From the NCBI GenBank assembly GCA_963695225.1, contig OY968762.1, forward strand, positions 768,001 through 832,000: a DNA stretch of 64,000 bases. Direction: 5' to 3'. Numbering within the stretch: position 1 is the first letter of the stretch; the number at the start of each line of letters is the position of its first letter. The notes under the pieces are model-generated. The model was not told where the DNA came from and ran no database searches. It saw nothing but the letters and a program-made list of their open reading frames with translations. The stretch comes from Vulcanimicrobiota bacterium. GTDB taxonomy: Bacteria; Vulcanimicrobiota; Vulcanimicrobiia; Vulcanimicrobiales; Vulcanimicrobiaceae. Below are positions 21,155-31,527 of the stretch, in pieces. A program made the position numbers and the translations under genes.

Positions 21155-22177
21155 TCAGCCGCCGATTTCGGAGAAGGCTCGCATCCGGCTCGCGGTCTCG
21201 CCCAAGTGCAGGTGGTGCCGTTCCGGCTTGATCAGCATCGCGCCGGAGAAGAGTTCGGCGAGTTCCTCGCACGAAGCGCCCGCGCGCACCGGCGCGCGGA
21301 GGTCGAGCGCGTGATCCCCGAACAGGCACAGCCGCAGCCTGCCGTCGGCGGTGAGGCGCACCCGGTTGCAACTCTCGCAGTAGTCGTGCGAGAGCGGGCT
21401 GATCACGCCGACCGAACCCGCCGCGCCCGGGTACGCGTAGTAGCGCGCGGGCCCGTTCCCGCCGGGGCCGGGCGACGGCCGCAGTTCCCCGAGCGCGGCG
21501 ACGCGCTCGAGGATCTCGGCCGCCGAAACGTACGTATCCCGCTGGAGGCCGACGTTCTCCGTAACGGGCATCACTTCGATGAAGCGCACGTGGATCGCGC
21601 GCTCGCGCGTCAACGCCGCGAACGCGCCGACTTCGTCGTCGTTCTGCCCGCGCATGACGACGCAGTTCAGTTTCAGCGGCGCGAGCCCGGCGGCGAGCGC
21701 GGCGTCGATCCCGGCCAGAACCCGCTCGAGCCCGGGCCGGCGCGCGATCGCAACGAAGCGGTCGGCGCGGAGCGTATCGAGCGAAACGTTCGCCCGGCGC
21801 AGCCCCGCCCCGGCGAGTTCGGCGGCCATCTCGCCGAGCAGCAAGCCGTTCGTTGAAAGCGCGATATCTTCGACGCCCGGAACTGCGGCGAGCGCTCGTA
21901 CGAGCTCTGCGATATCCCGGCGGACGAGCGGCTCTCCCCCGGTCAGGCGCACGCTCCGCACTCCGGCTGAAGCTGCGGCCTCCACGATGCGGACGATCTC
22001 CTCGTACGTGAGGATTCCGTCCTTTGGGATCCAGGGGAGGCCCGCTTCCGGCATGCAGTAGACGCAGCGCAAGTTGCAGCGATCCGTCACGGATACGCGC
22101 AGGTACGTGATCGGCCGGTTGAAGCGATCCGTCAGCGCCGGGAGGGGCCCGGCCACGAGGTCGATCATGCCGAGCAT
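21155..22177 (-). CDS. moaA: GTP 3',8-cyclase (radical SAM)
   Basis: YLRVSVTDRCNLRCVYCM, TGGEP, CESCNRVRLTADG...C, C-terminal IGG. Confidence 0.97.
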   Translation of the reverse strand: MLGMIDLVAGPLPALTDRFNRPITYLRVSVTDRCNLRCVYCMPEAGLPWIPKDGILTYEEIVRIVEAAASAGVRSVRLTGGEPLVRRDIAELVRALAAVPGVEDIALSTNGLLLGEMAAELAGAGLRRANVSLDTLRADRFVAIARRPGLERVLAGIDAALAAGLAPLKLNCVVMRGQNDDEVGAFAALTRERAIHVRFIEVMPVTENVGLQRDTYVSAAEILERVAALGELRPSPGPGGNGPARYYAYPGAAGSVGVISPLSHDYCESCNRVRLTADGRLRLCLFGDHALDLRAPVRAGASCEELAELFSGAMLIKPERHHLHLGETASRMRAFSEIGG

Positions 22178-22249
22178 CCTCTCCCCTCTTCGACCGCGGG
22201 CCTCAGGCACACGTTCCCGCCGCAGGCCGGGGCGCCGGGTCCGGCCCTC

Positions 22250-22933
22250 TTAGTTCGCGGCGGGCTCGAACACCTTGTCGTCGATCGGGACGTTGAGTTC
22301 GTAGCCGCCGATCGTCGTCGTCACGTCGGCTTTGTAAGCAGGCAAGTTCACGTGCCCGGTTTGCGCCGTGACGAGCCGGTATCCCGATTGCAGCTCGACG
22401 GTCTGTTCGAACGAGATGTCCCCGCCGTCTTCGTAGGTCCACGTGTACCCGCGGATCGTCGCGGTCGGCTCGTCGACGCGCACGTCGAGGTGCAGCACGC
22501 GGCCGTGCTTGATCGGCACGAGCCGGAACGTCGTCACGCCCGCATCGCTCCCCAAACTCGACATGTGAAAGACCGACGGCCACTGCGACGGCGCTTCGAT
22601 GCGCGGATAGACCTTCTGGAACTCCTTCGCGAGCGCCGGCGTGGTATCGAAGACGACCGCTTCTTTGTCCGGCTGGCGGAAATACAGCGTTCCGTCCAGC
22701 GTCTTCGAGATCGGCAAGTACGACTTCAGCGCGACGCTCACGCTGACTTTTGCCTTGTACGTGCGCAACTGCGCGTTCGTTTGCGTCAATCGCCGGTAGA
22801 GTTCGGAGGCGCTCGGGCCGAGCGGCACGGCGCCGGCTCCCGGCGTCTGCGCGCGCAAGGGCGCGACGGACGCGCCGAGCACGAGCGAGCATACGACGGC
22901 GGCGAACGCGGTTCGGACGGCGGCGGGGATCAT
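22250..22933 (-). CDS. Exported LolA-like fold protein
   Basis: Signal peptide; beta-rich GTLYFRQPDK; C-terminal NVPIDDKVF typical of LolA-like proteins. Confidence 0.6.
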   Translation of the reverse strand: MIPAAVRTAFAAVVCSLVLGASVAPLRAQTPGAGAVPLGPSASELYRRLTQTNAQLRTYKAKVSVSVALKSYLPISKTLDGTLYFRQPDKEAVVFDTTPALAKEFQKVYPRIEAPSQWPSVFHMSSLGSDAGVTTFRLVPIKHGRVLHLDVRVDEPTATIRGYTWTYEDGGDISFEQTVELQSGYRLVTAQTGHVNLPAYKADVTTTIGGYELNVPIDDKVFEPAAN

Positions 22934-22943
22934 TGTTCTGCCT

Positions 22944-24101
22944 CTATCCTCCGGCTGTGGAACGCGCAGCGGAGCGGGTCGGTTCCAGCGCGGCCGAAAT
23001 CTCCTCGCGAACGCGCCCGTCCCGCTCCAGCGCCAGCGCCTCGGTTAGCCCAGCGTACGCGCGCGGCGAGCCGATCCGCCCCAGCGCCCACGCGGCGTGG
23101 GAGCGAACGAGCGGGCTCGAGTCCTCGCGCAGCGCGATTTCCAGCGCGGGAACGGCCGCCCGGTCGAGCGCGTTTCCGAGCCCGACCGCCGCATTCCGGC
23201 GCAGGACGGCCGAACCGCGCCAGCCGAGCGCGGTGCCGCGAAAGCGGCGTTCGAACGCGCCGCCGCGCAACGTCAAGAGCGCCGCGAGGTCCGGGAACGC
23301 GGCTTCCGCCGAAACGGGCGCGAACGCCGGATCGACGCGCGCCCTCCCGAGGCGCGTCGGCGGACAGACTTCCTGGCAGAGATCGCAACCCCACACCCAG
23401 TCGCCGACGAGCGGGCGCAGTTCGCGCGGGATCGCATCTTTGCGCTGCGTGAGGTCCGAGATGCAACGGACGGCCTCGATCGTGCCGTCGCCGCGCAGCG
23501 CCCGCGTCGGACACGCCTCGACGCAGCGCGCGCAGGTGCCGCACGTCTTGCGCAGCGGCGCGTCGGGTTCGAGCCCAAGCGTCGTGACGACCTCCCCGAG
23601 GAACACGTAGGAACCCGCGCCCGGCACGATCAGGTTCGTGTGCTTGCCGATCCAGCCCAGGCCGGCCCGCGCCGCGAAAGCGCGCTCGGCGAGCGGGCGC
23701 GTGTCGCAGACCGCAATGCTTTGCGCGCCGGAGTCGGCCGCCTCGATCGCCCGGATGACGCCCTCGAGGATGCGGCGGACGCGCGGGTGATAGTCGCTCG
23801 ACCAGGCGTAGTTCGAGATGCGCCCCGTCAGCGGGGCCCGGCCGCGCGGGGCCGCGCTCGCGAACGCTACGGCGACGCAGACGACGCTGCGCGCGCCTTC
23901 GAGGACGCTCTGCGGATCCGACGCGCGCGCGGCGCGTTCGGCGCCGTATCCCCACGTCGCGAAATCGCCTCGGGCGAACGCCGCGAGCATGCGACCGCGG
24001 GCAGGTTCGTCGATTCCGGCGTCCGTGACGCGCACGGCCGCGGCCCCGGCGGCCAGCGCCGCGGCTGCGACGCGCGCCTTCGGTGAGGCCGTTTCGAGCA
24101 C
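22944..24101 (-). CDS. queG: Epoxyqueuosine reductase
   Basis: ISNYAWSSDYH, DTRPLAER, GLGWIGKHT, CGTCARCVEACPT, CISDLT, WGCDLCQEVCP, HEAT-like C-terminus; GTG 24101 with GAAGGGA SD. Confidence 0.95.
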   Translation of the reverse strand: MLETASPKARVAAAALAAGAAAVRVTDAGIDEPARGRMLAAFARGDFATWGYGAERAARASDPQSVLEGARSVVCVAVAFASAAPRGRAPLTGRISNYAWSSDYHPRVRRILEGVIRAIEAADSGAQSIAVCDTRPLAERAFAARAGLGWIGKHTNLIVPGAGSYVFLGEVVTTLGLEPDAPLRKTCGTCARCVEACPTRALRGDGTIEAVRCISDLTQRKDAIPRELRPLVGDWVWGCDLCQEVCPPTRLGRARVDPAFAPVSAEAAFPDLAALLTLRGGAFERRFRGTALGWRGSAVLRRNAAVGLGNALDRAAVPALEIALREDSSPLVRSHAAWALGRIGSPRAYAGLTEALALERDGRVREEISAALEPTRSAARSTAGG

Positions 24102-24127
24102 GCCTGTCCCTTCGCGGCGCGCCGGAC

Positions 24128-24500
24128 GGCACCCTGAGCGGCTTTCCGCGTGGCCCGCGTCCGGAGCGGGGCGGGGGCTCCTCCGCGGGGACGCCCCGAT
24201 GCGGATGCTGCCTTGCATTCCAAGTCAGCTTTAGTGGCTACCGTTTACCTTCACGATCGCCCCGTTGAGAGGTGAGCTGTCCGCTTGGCCCGCGTCCGGA
24301 CCGGGGCGGCGTTTCCCCGCGGGGACGCCCCGCGGGGAAACGCCGCCCCACTCCGGACGCTACCGTGCGTTCCATGGTCACCCTTGGGTAGCTGCCGTCC
24401 ACTTTAGCTAGCCCCGGCGAAGGGTAGCTTTCCGCACGGTCACCCTTGGGGTGGCGTGTTTCACGTCAGGCTGGTGGGGGGTGGCCTCCAGCCTAACGTG
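24128..24500. repeat. Mosaic cluster of palindromes and degenerate direct repeats (REP/BIME-like or structured RNA)
   Basis: Perfect 22-bp stem 24303-24349 extended by 9 bp (24292-24360); degenerate direct repeat 24145-24198 vs 24280-24332; GGTCACCCTTGGG twice (24376, 24438); hairpin 24462-24500. Confidence 0.75.
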
Positions 24501-24511
24501 CTTGGCGCTTT

Positions 24512-27238
24512 CTAGACGGTGGCGGGTTGCGGGATCGGTGCGGTTTCTAGCGGCTTCTTGCGCAGGTCGAGGACGGCTTCGAGCAGTTCGCCGGCGCGCC
24601 ATTCGATGCGGAAGCCGAGCGAGCGGCACAGATCGAGCATCGCGATGTTGTCCGAGAGGACGTACCCGATGATGCGCGCGACGCCTTCGGCGCGGCCGAC
24701 CGCGATCAAACGGCTGAGCAGCTCCCGCCCGAGGCCTTGGCGTTGGAAGCTGTCGGCGACGATCAGCGCGAACTCCGCGTCGTCGGAGAGGTGCTCCTTG
24801 ATCAAACGGCCGATCGCGCGGATCTCCGGCTCTTTGCCCGCGTCCTCGCCGATCGCGAGCAGCGCGACCTGACGGTCGTAATCGATGAAGCACAGGCGCG
24901 CAAGGCGGTCGTGTTCGATGCGGTCCGCGAGCGGGAGCGGGTGCGCGAACCGGAAGTAGACGCTCCTTTCGGAGAGCCTCTCGTCGAAGCGCCGCACGAG
25001 GTCTTCGTCCTCCCCGCGCACCGGGCGCACGAGGATCCGTTCGCCATCCGGGTTCGTGAACTCACCGACGTATTGCGTGGGATACGGGCGGATCGCCGGG
25101 CGCGGCAGGTCCGCGTCCGCGACCTCGGCAGCGTGCAGCACGACGCGCGCGTCGAGCGCCAACAAACCGTCCGGCGAGGCGACGAGCGGATTGACGTCGA
25201 TCTCCTTGATGCGCGGATTCTCGACGACGAGCCGGCTGAAGCGGACGAACACCTCGGCGAGCGCGTCGAGGTCGACGGGCTTGCGCCCGCGCGTCCCCTT
25301 GAGCGCCTTGAAGATGCGCGTCTTCTCCATCGCGTGCAGCGCCAACGTCGTGGTGAGCGGCGGAAGCGCGAGCGCGCGGTCGCGCATGATCTCGACGAGC
25401 GTCCCGCCGAGGCCGAAAACGAGGACCGGGCCGAACTGCGGATCGGTGTTGCTCCCCAAGATCAGCTCGTAGCCTTCGAGCTTGATCATCGGCTGGACCG
25501 TGACGCCGAGGAAGTTTCCCGGGCCGACGCGTTCGCGCACCGATGCGTCGATCGCGTCGAACGCCTTCCCGACGGCGTCGCCGCTCTTCACGTTGAGATG
25601 CACGCCGCCGACGTCGGTCTTGTGCGAGATCGTCTCGGAGTGCAGCTTGACGACGACGGGGAACCCGAGTTTCGTCGCGGCTTCGATCGCTTCTTCGCGC
25701 GTCGCGGCGATCACGGTCGGCACCGTCGGAATGCCGTACGCCGTGAGGAGACGTTTCGATTCCTCTTCGGTCAGCAGCGTGCGCCCTTCGGCGAGCGCCG
25801 CCGCGATGATCGGCCGTGACTCGATGCCGTCGGGGTATTCTTTCTCGTCCGAGACCTTCGGCGTCTCGTAGAGTGCGCGCAGGTTCTCGTCGTACTGCCA
25901 CATGTAGTTGAACACGCGCGCCGCCGTATCCGGATAATGGAACGTCGGAATGCCGGAACGCTGCAGCAGCGCGGCGCCCGGGGCGACTTCGGCGCCGCCC
26001 ATCCAGCACGCGAGGACGGGCTTTCCGCTCTGGCGCGGGATCTTCGAAATCAAGTCGGCGGTCTGCACCGCGCCGGCGATGGCCTGCGGTGCGAGGATCA
26101 CCAGCAAGGCGTCGGAGGTGGGGTCCTTCGCCGCGAGCTCGAGCGCCTTCGCGTAACGCGTGGGATCGGCGTCGCCGAGGATGTCGATCGGGTTCCCCTT
26201 GCTCCAGTGGGAGGGCAAGAACGCATCGAGCCCCGCGATCGTTGCGGGCGTCAGCGGTGCGAGCGCGCCGTGCCCGCCGATGAGCGCGTCGGTCGCCAGC
26301 ACGCCGGGGCCGCCCGCGTTCGTGACGAGCGCGAGGCGGTTGCCGCGCGGCCGAGGCTGCTTCTCGAGGACTTCGGCCAAGTAGAACAGATCGGCGATCG
26401 AGTCGACGCGCAAGACGCCGCTGCGCGCGAAGACGGCATCGAGCACGTCGTCGCTCCCGGCGAGCGCGCCGGTATGCGAGGTCGCCGCTTTCGCGGCTTC
26501 CGCCGTGCGGCCGGCCTTGATGAGGATGATCGGCTTCGTCGTCGCGACTTCGCGAGCGGCGGAGAGGAACGCGCGCGCGTCGTTGATCGATTCAACGTAC
26601 ATCACGATGCTGCGCGTCGCCGGATCGTCGCCGAGGAAATAGAGCAAATCCGGCCAGCCGACGTCGACCATCGAACCGACGGAGATGAAGTGGCTGAAGC
26701 CGACGTTCTGCGAGAGGCTCCAATCGAGGATCGCGGTGCATAGCGCGCCGCTCTGGCTGACGAACCCGACGCTCCCCTTCAGCGCCATCGCGCTCGCGAA
26801 CGTCGCGTTGAGACCGCTCGTCGGGGACATGACGCCCAAGCAATTCGGGCCGATCACGCGCATTCCGAAGCGGCGCGCGTGCGCGAGGAGTTGTTCCTCG
26901 AGCGCCCGCCCTTCCGCGCCGATCTCTTTGAAGCCGGCAGAGAGCACGATTGCGGCGCGCACGCCGGCTTCGCCGCATTCGCGGATCACTTCGGGGACGG
27001 TCTTCGCCGGCGTCACCACGATCGCGAGATCGACCACCTCGGGGACTTCGCGGATCGACGCGTAGGACTTGATCCCGAGAACCGACGGATGCGACGGATT
27101 GACGGGATAAATCGTCCCGCCGAAGCGATTCGAAATCAGGTTCCAGAGGACGCTCTTGCCGACCGAAAGCGGCCGCTCGGTGGCGCCGATAACGGCGACC
27201 GACTTGGGACGGAACATCTTTTCAAGTGGGCGTGCCAT
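24512..27238 (-). CDS. Bifunctional NDP-forming acyl-CoA ligase family / GNAT protein (Pat/YfiQ-like lysine acetyltransferase)
   Basis: [60 protein letters not shown]-terminal GNAT QRQGLG. Confidence 0.92.
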   Translation of the reverse strand: MARPLEKMFRPKSVAVIGATERPLSVGKSVLWNLISNRFGGTIYPVNPSHPSVLGIKSYASIREVPEVVDLAIVVTPAKTVPEVIRECGEAGVRAAIVLSAGFKEIGAEGRALEEQLLAHARRFGMRVIGPNCLGVMSPTSGLNATFASAMALKGSVGFVSQSGALCTAILDWSLSQNVGFSHFISVGSMVDVGWPDLLYFLGDDPATRSIVMYVESINDARAFLSAAREVATTKPIILIKAGRTAEAAKAATSHTGALAGSDDVLDAVFARSGVLRVDSIADLFYLAEVLEKQPRPRGNRLALVTNAGGPGVLATDALIGGHGALAPLTPATIAGLDAFLPSHWSKGNPIDILGDADPTRYAKALELAAKDPTSDALLVILAPQAIAGAVQTADLISKIPRQSGKPVLACWMGGAEVAPGAALLQRSGIPTFHYPDTAARVFNYMWQYDENLRALYETPKVSDEKEYPDGIESRPIIAAALAEGRTLLTEEESKRLLTAYGIPTVPTVIAATREEAIEAATKLGFPVVVKLHSETISHKTDVGGVHLNVKSGDAVGKAFDAIDASVRERVGPGNFLGVTVQPMIKLEGYELILGSNTDPQFGPVLVFGLGGTLVEIMRDRALALPPLTTTLALHAMEKTRIFKALKGTRGRKPVDLDALAEVFVRFSRLVVENPRIKEIDVNPLVASPDGLLALDARVVLHAAEVADADLPRPAIRPYPTQYVGEFTNPDGERILVRPVRGEDEDLVRRFDERLSERSVYFRFAHPLPLADRIEHDRLARLCFIDYDRQVALLAIGEDAGKEPEIRAIGRLIKEHLSDDAEFALIVADSFQRQGLGRELLSRLIAVGRAEGVARIIGYVLSDNIAMLDLCRSLGFRIEWRAGELLEAVLDLRKKPLETAPIPQPATV

Positions 27239-27372
27239 TTTCGTAATAATCCTACCCGCAGTTTAGTAACTGAGCTACTCCGTGCGGAATGATTACACAA
27301 TTCTCACCTATATGCAATCGGAGGCGTCGCCGAAGAAGTTGAGCATTCTTGCCCAAAGTGTGATCCCGGGCT

Positions 27373-28491
27373 CTAGTAGAGGTCGAAGCAGGACACTACT
27401 GCCGCCACGCTGAGCAGGCCGCCCTTCAGATGGTAGATGCGCCGGAATCCCGCTTCCGCAAGGCGTTGGGCGGCCCACGCCGAGCGGGCCCCGAGCCGGC
27501 ATGCCACCACGTACGTCTGCGCCGAATCCAGCTCGTGCAGCCGCGCCTCCAGTTGCGACGCCGGGACGTGCACGGCGCGCGGGTGCAGGCCCAGCACCGC
27601 CTCGTGCGGTTCGCGGACGTCGAGAAGGACGGCTTCGGGATGCCGCGCGAGAAACGCCTCGAAATCGGCCGCGACGAGTTCGGTGCCCGCCGGCGGCGGC
27701 GGCGCGTCGGGCGCCGGTGCGACGTCGCGGATCGTCGCGGCAGGGCCGCATAGCGCGCACGCCGGGTCGCGCGGCAGCGCGAACTCGCGCGTGCGTCCGC
27801 CGAGCGCGTCGATCGAGACGAGCCTCCCCGCGAGCGATGCGCCGATCCCGAGCAGCACCTTGAGCGCCTCGTTCGCCTGCCACGCGCCGACGATCCCCGC
27901 GAGCGCGCCGAGCACCCCGCCCTCCGCGCAACTCGGCACGCTTCCGGGCGGCGGGGCCTGCGGGAACAAACACCGATAGCACGGCCCTTCAGGCCCGAAC
28001 ACCGAGACCTGTCCGTCAAAGCGAAAGATCGCGCCGTAGACGTCGGGCTTCTTCTCGAGGTGCGCGGCGTCGTTGACGAGATAACGCGATTCGAACGAAT
28101 CCGTCGCATCGACGACGAGATCGTACGGGCGCACGAGCTCCCGCGCGTTCGCGGCGACGAAACGGAGCGGATACGCGTCGACGGCGACCTGGGGATTGAG
28201 CGCGACGATGCGTTCCGCCGCGACGGCCGCCTTCGTACGCCCGACGTCCGCCTGCGCGAAGAGCACTTGCCGCTGCAGGTTCGTTTCGTCGACGACGTCG
28301 TCGTCGACGATCCCGATCCGCCCGACGCCTGCGGCCGCGAGATACGCGAGGACGGGCGAACCGAGCCCGCCCGCGCCGACGACGAGGACGCGCGCGCGCT
28401 GCAAACGTTCCTGCCCCGCGAGCCCGATTTCCGGGATCAACAGATGCCGGCTGTAACGGCGCAGCGCGCGCCGCCCCCCAAGCGACCTCAC
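27373..28491 (-). CDS. moeB: Molybdopterin-synthase adenylyltransferase with C-terminal rhodanese domain
   Basis: RYSRHLLIPEIG, GAGGLGSP, TNLQRQ, CYRC, CAEGGV, rhodanese DVREPHE...CRLGARS; GTG 28491 coupled to the upstream stop. Confidence 0.93.
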   Translation of the reverse strand: MRSLGGRRALRRYSRHLLIPEIGLAGQERLQRARVLVVGAGGLGSPVLAYLAAAGVGRIGIVDDDVVDETNLQRQVLFAQADVGRTKAAVAAERIVALNPQVAVDAYPLRFVAANARELVRPYDLVVDATDSFESRYLVNDAAHLEKKPDVYGAIFRFDGQVSVFGPEGPCYRCLFPQAPPPGSVPSCAEGGVLGALAGIVGAWQANEALKVLLGIGASLAGRLVSIDALGGRTREFALPRDPACALCGPAATIRDVAPAPDAPPPPAGTELVAADFEAFLARHPEAVLLDVREPHEAVLGLHPRAVHVPASQLEARLHELDSAQTYVVACRLGARSAWAAQRLAEAGFRRIYHLKGGLLSVAAVVSCFDLY

Positions 28492-29210
28492 GTCGCGCGC
28501 GGATGGAGCGCGTTCAGCCAGCCGAGCACGGCGCCGCGCGCGTTCTCTCCGGCCGAGGTGTGATCGCTCTCGATCGTGACGAACGTCTTCGGTTCCGGGG
28601 CGCGTTCGAACAGCTCGCGCGCGCTCGACGGCGCGACCATCATGTCGTGCTGCGCCGCAACGTAGAGGACGGGGCGACCGGCGAGCCCGGCGAGCGCCGC
28701 CTCGACGAGCGGTTCCGTTCGTTCCGCAAGCTCCGGGAGCGTCAGCCCCTCCACGTACGAGGAGCGCAGATCGACGACCGCGGCGCCGCGCAGCGCCCTC
28801 AGCGCGGAGAGCCGTCCGTATCCCGCGGCGATCGAGACAGCGCCCGCGATTTCGGGATCTGCGGCGCACGCGCGCAACGCCGCCGTCGCGCCCATGCTGT
28901 GCCCGAGCGCATAGACTACGGGACCGTAGCGCTCGCGCGCGTAGCTCACCGCCGCGAGCATCGCCGTGACGAGATCCTCCGGCGAGCGGAGCACGCCTCC
29001 GCTCGCGCCGAGTTTATGCCCCGGGAAATCGAGGCTGACGACGCGGTAGCCGTGGCTCGCGAGGAACGCGCACAAGAAATCCAAGTTGTGCTTCGAGCTC
29101 GAGTAGCCGTGCCCGACGACGAGCCCGACGCCGCGCGCGCGGCGCGGTTCGTAATCGAGTGCGGCGATCGTTCCGTCACCCGCCGCAATCCGCACGAGAT
29201 CCAGGTTCAC
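28488..29210 (-). CDS. Alpha/beta-fold hydrolase
   Basis: HGY, DFPGH, GHSMG nucleophile, Asp (HDMMV) and His (SDHT). Confidence 0.85.
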   Translation of the reverse strand: MNLDLVRIAAGDGTIAALDYEPRRARGVGLVVGHGYSSSKHNLDFLCAFLASHGYRVVSLDFPGHKLGASGGVLRSPEDLVTAMLAAVSYARERYGPVVYALGHSMGATAALRACAADPEIAGAVSIAAGYGRLSALRALRGAAVVDLRSSYVEGLTLPELAERTEPLVEAALAGLAGRPVLYVAAQHDMMVAPSSARELFERAPEPKTFVTIESDHTSAGENARGAVLGWLNALHPRAT

Positions 29211-29650
29211 GGCTGCTCGCTCGCGCACGAGTTCTCGCGCCAAACGGCCTCGCCGTCGGCATAGTGCTCCTTCTTCCAGATGGGGACGCGCGCTTTGAGT
29301 TCGTCGATCACGTATTCGCACGCATCGAACGCGACGGCGCGATGCGGTGCCGCCGCCGCGACCGCGACCGCCGCCTCCCCGATTCCGAGCAACCCGACGC
29401 GATGCGCGCAGGCGATGCGGCTCGGTGCGAAACGGCGCTCCGCCTCCGCGACGATCGCGCGCATTTCCGCGAGCGCCGCGCTCGCATATGCTTCGTACTC
29501 GAGTGCGGTGACGCTGCGGCCGTCGTCCGAGCGTTCGCGCACGACCCCGAGGAACGCGACGACCGCGCCGTCCGCGTCACCGCGCACCGCCTCGATCAGC
29601 GGCTGGAGTTCCAGCGGTTCCGCGCGGATCTCCACGGCGGGCGCAGCCAC
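29207..29650 (-). CDS. moaE: Molybdopterin synthase catalytic subunit
   Basis: GAVVAFLGVVR, LEYEAY, HRVG, IDELKARVPIWKKE. Confidence 0.95.
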   Translation of the reverse strand: MAAPAVEIRAEPLELQPLIEAVRGDADGAVVAFLGVVRERSDDGRSVTALEYEAYASAALAEMRAIVAEAERRFAPSRIACAHRVGLLGIGEAAVAVAAAAPHRAVAFDACEYVIDELKARVPIWKKEHYADGEAVWRENSCASEQP

Positions 29651-29654
29651 GCCG

Positions 29655-29900
29655 CTAGCCCCCGCCGGCCGGCGGTAACAGCGCCGCCTCGTCCCCTTCG
29701 GAGAAGACGGCCACGGCATCGACGAGCGTCCCATTCCGCGCGATCCGCGTGGAGGCCGCGAGCTTCTCGAACGCCGGCGTCTGCGCGCAGAGGCGCTCGA
29801 AGATCGCCGACGCCGTCGCGCCCGGCGGCACGTCGAGCGTGCGCTCGGAGAAGCCGAGCACCTCGCGAGCGCGGGCGAAGGCCAGCACGCGGACCTTCAC
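29655..29900 (-). CDS. moaD: Molybdopterin synthase sulfur carrier
   Basis: VRVLAFARARE...GDEAALLPPAGGG, C-terminal di-Gly. Confidence 0.92.
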   Translation of the reverse strand: MKVRVLAFARAREVLGFSERTLDVPPGATASAIFERLCAQTPAFEKLAASTRIARNGTLVDAVAVFSEGDEAALLPPAGGG

Positions 29901-29901
29901 G

Positions 29902-30159
29902 CTAATACCCGCCGAGATCCGTCGTGTATCCGTGCCGTTCCAGCCAAGCCCGCGATTCTTCGTGCAGCCCGAGCAGATCGATCCGGTTGCACGTGAGCTT
30001 GTGCACGAGGACCTCCCAAAAGTGGCGGTCCTGCGCGTAGACGTCGTCGGGCAATTGGTTCTCGACGCGCGAGAACTCGCGCAGGCCTTCCCAATCCCGC
30101 CCGCCGAGGATCTCGCGCAAGCGCGATTCGTACGCCGCGCTCTTTTCGTGCGCGTTCAT
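29902..30159 (-). CDS. Hypothetical protein (85 aa)
   Basis: C-terminal part of ORF 29902..30576; ATG 30159 overlaps the HAD stop; stop lies 1 bp from the moaD start. Confidence 0.72.
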   Translation of the reverse strand: MNAHEKSAAYESRLREILGGRDWEGLREFSRVENQLPDDVYAQDRHFWEVLVHKLTCNRIDLLGLHEESRAWLERHGYTTDLGGY

Positions 30160-30962
30160 GCCGGCCTCTTCGCCAACTCGGGAATGAAGTGCTCGAGCGC
30201 GCGCGCGACGCCGTCCTCGGCGTTCGTCGCGGTCACGTAGCGCACGGCCTCGCGCACCTCGGGGAGCGCGTTCCCCATCGCGATCCCGATCTTCGCCCAG
30301 CGCAGCATCGGCACGTCGTTGCGCGAATCGCCGATCGCGAGCACGCGGTCCGGCAGGATCTGGAAATCCGCGCAGAGCCGCGCGAGCGCGTTCCGTTTGC
30401 TCGCGTCCCGGTTGAGCACGGCGCACTCGACGAAATCGCGCCAGCGTTCGTGCCGGAACGAAAGCGGGAGATCCCCGAACTCGCGCTCCATCGCGGCGAC
30501 CGACTCCGCGCCGAGGAAGCGCATGAACGTCGGCGCCCGGTCGAGCACGTCCGCGAAACACTTCGCTTCCCGCCAATGCGGCCCGGTCATGTCGTCCATG
30601 TAGATCTTCGAACCTTCGAGCCGCCAGAACGATTCGTCGCTGTAGAGCGCGAGCGAAAGGCCGTTCGCTTCCGCGTACTCGACCATCGGCTTCGCGTAGA
30701 GGAGCGGGACCGGCAGCTCGTTGAGGATGCGATTCGCGTGGAAATCCTTCGTGAGCGCGCCGTGGCAGCAGATGATCGGCAGATTCAAGCCCAGCTCGCG
30801 CGAGAGGCGGCTCGGCAGGTCGACGCCGCGCCCCGTGACCAGGACGACGCGGACGCCGAGCTCCAGCAGCGCGCGAATCGCCTGCCGGTTACGGGGCGAA
30901 ACGCGGTCGTCGGGATCGAGGAGCGTGCCGTCGATATCGAGGGCGACAAGATCGATGCGCAT
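30156..30962 (-). CDS. Cof-type HAD-IIB hydrolase
   Basis: DIDGTL, VTGR, SKRNAL, GDSRNDVPM, MGNA. Confidence 0.92.
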   Translation of the reverse strand: MRIDLVALDIDGTLLDPDDRVSPRNRQAIRALLELGVRVVLVTGRGVDLPSRLSRELGLNLPIICCHGALTKDFHANRILNELPVPLLYAKPMVEYAEANGLSLALYSDESFWRLEGSKIYMDDMTGPHWREAKCFADVLDRAPTFMRFLGAESVAAMEREFGDLPLSFRHERWRDFVECAVLNRDASKRNALARLCADFQILPDRVLAIGDSRNDVPMLRWAKIGIAMGNALPEVREAVRYVTATNAEDGVARALEHFIPELAKRPA

Positions 30963-31020
30963 GGGCGGTCAGGCTCTTTAGGGGAGACAAAATGCCCCTC
31001 CTGTACGTTATGCTGATGAA

Positions 31021-31425
31021 ATGAGAAACGCACGGTTCGCCCTCGCCTTCGTTCTGGGGCTGTCGACGGTGCTCGCCGGCGCCGTGTCCGCCTTCGCGGC
31101 GGACGTCTGTTCGCACGACGCGCTGACCGTGGACGGGGTCTCCGTCACCGTCGCCGTCTGCGCGACGGAGCCGGCCGCGGCGGGCGCGAGCGGGAAGACG
31201 GTGCTGCTCCCGACGACCGAGACGCTCTCCACGAAGGACCAATCGTTCGTGCGGACGACCTCCCTCGAGTTCCTCACCGGAGAAGAGCTCTCGCGGACGA
31301 TCGACAACATCTCGCTCGCCAAACTCGGCATCCCGAAATCGCTCCACTTGACGCTCGCCCACAAGCCGGGCTCCCTCGTCCTGGAGCACGCGCTCCTGAT
31401 CCCGGGGGCGGTCACCCTCAAGTAG
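31021..31425 (+). CDS. Exported hypothetical protein
   Basis: Signal peptide ending AFA; TATGCT -10-like hexamer 6 nt before the ATG. Confidence 0.72.
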   Translation: MRNARFALAFVLGLSTVLAGAVSAFAADVCSHDALTVDGVSVTVAVCATEPAAAGASGKTVLLPTTETLSTKDQSFVRTTSLEFLTGEELSRTIDNISLAKLGIPKSLHLTLAHKPGSLVLEHALLIPGAVTLK

Positions 31426-31527
31426 GCGCGCAACCCGACCCGGCATCCGCGGGTTTTTGCGGGGCATGAGACGCCGCTACATCGCGTTTTCGAATGCAAA
31501 GCTCCCCGGGGAGTGTCGATAGTAACG

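Noticed and set aside
22178..22249. Moco riboswitch upstream of moaA
   Set aside because: The gap is only 72 bp and the conserved Moco RNA motifs were not recognisable.
24311..24341. GTTTCCCCGCG resembles the start of type I-E CRISPR repeats
   Set aside because: It occurs as inverted arms of one hairpin, not as regularly spaced direct repeats with spacers; no cas genes in the window.
29902..30159. 85-aa protein ending in GGY as a second sulfur-carrier precursor
   Set aside because: The sequence looks helical rather than beta-grasp, and no JAB protease is nearby.
31497..31522. Second sigma28 promoter (CAAA-N14-GTCGATAG)
   Set aside because: Two mismatches in the -10 and off-consensus spacing; too weak to call.
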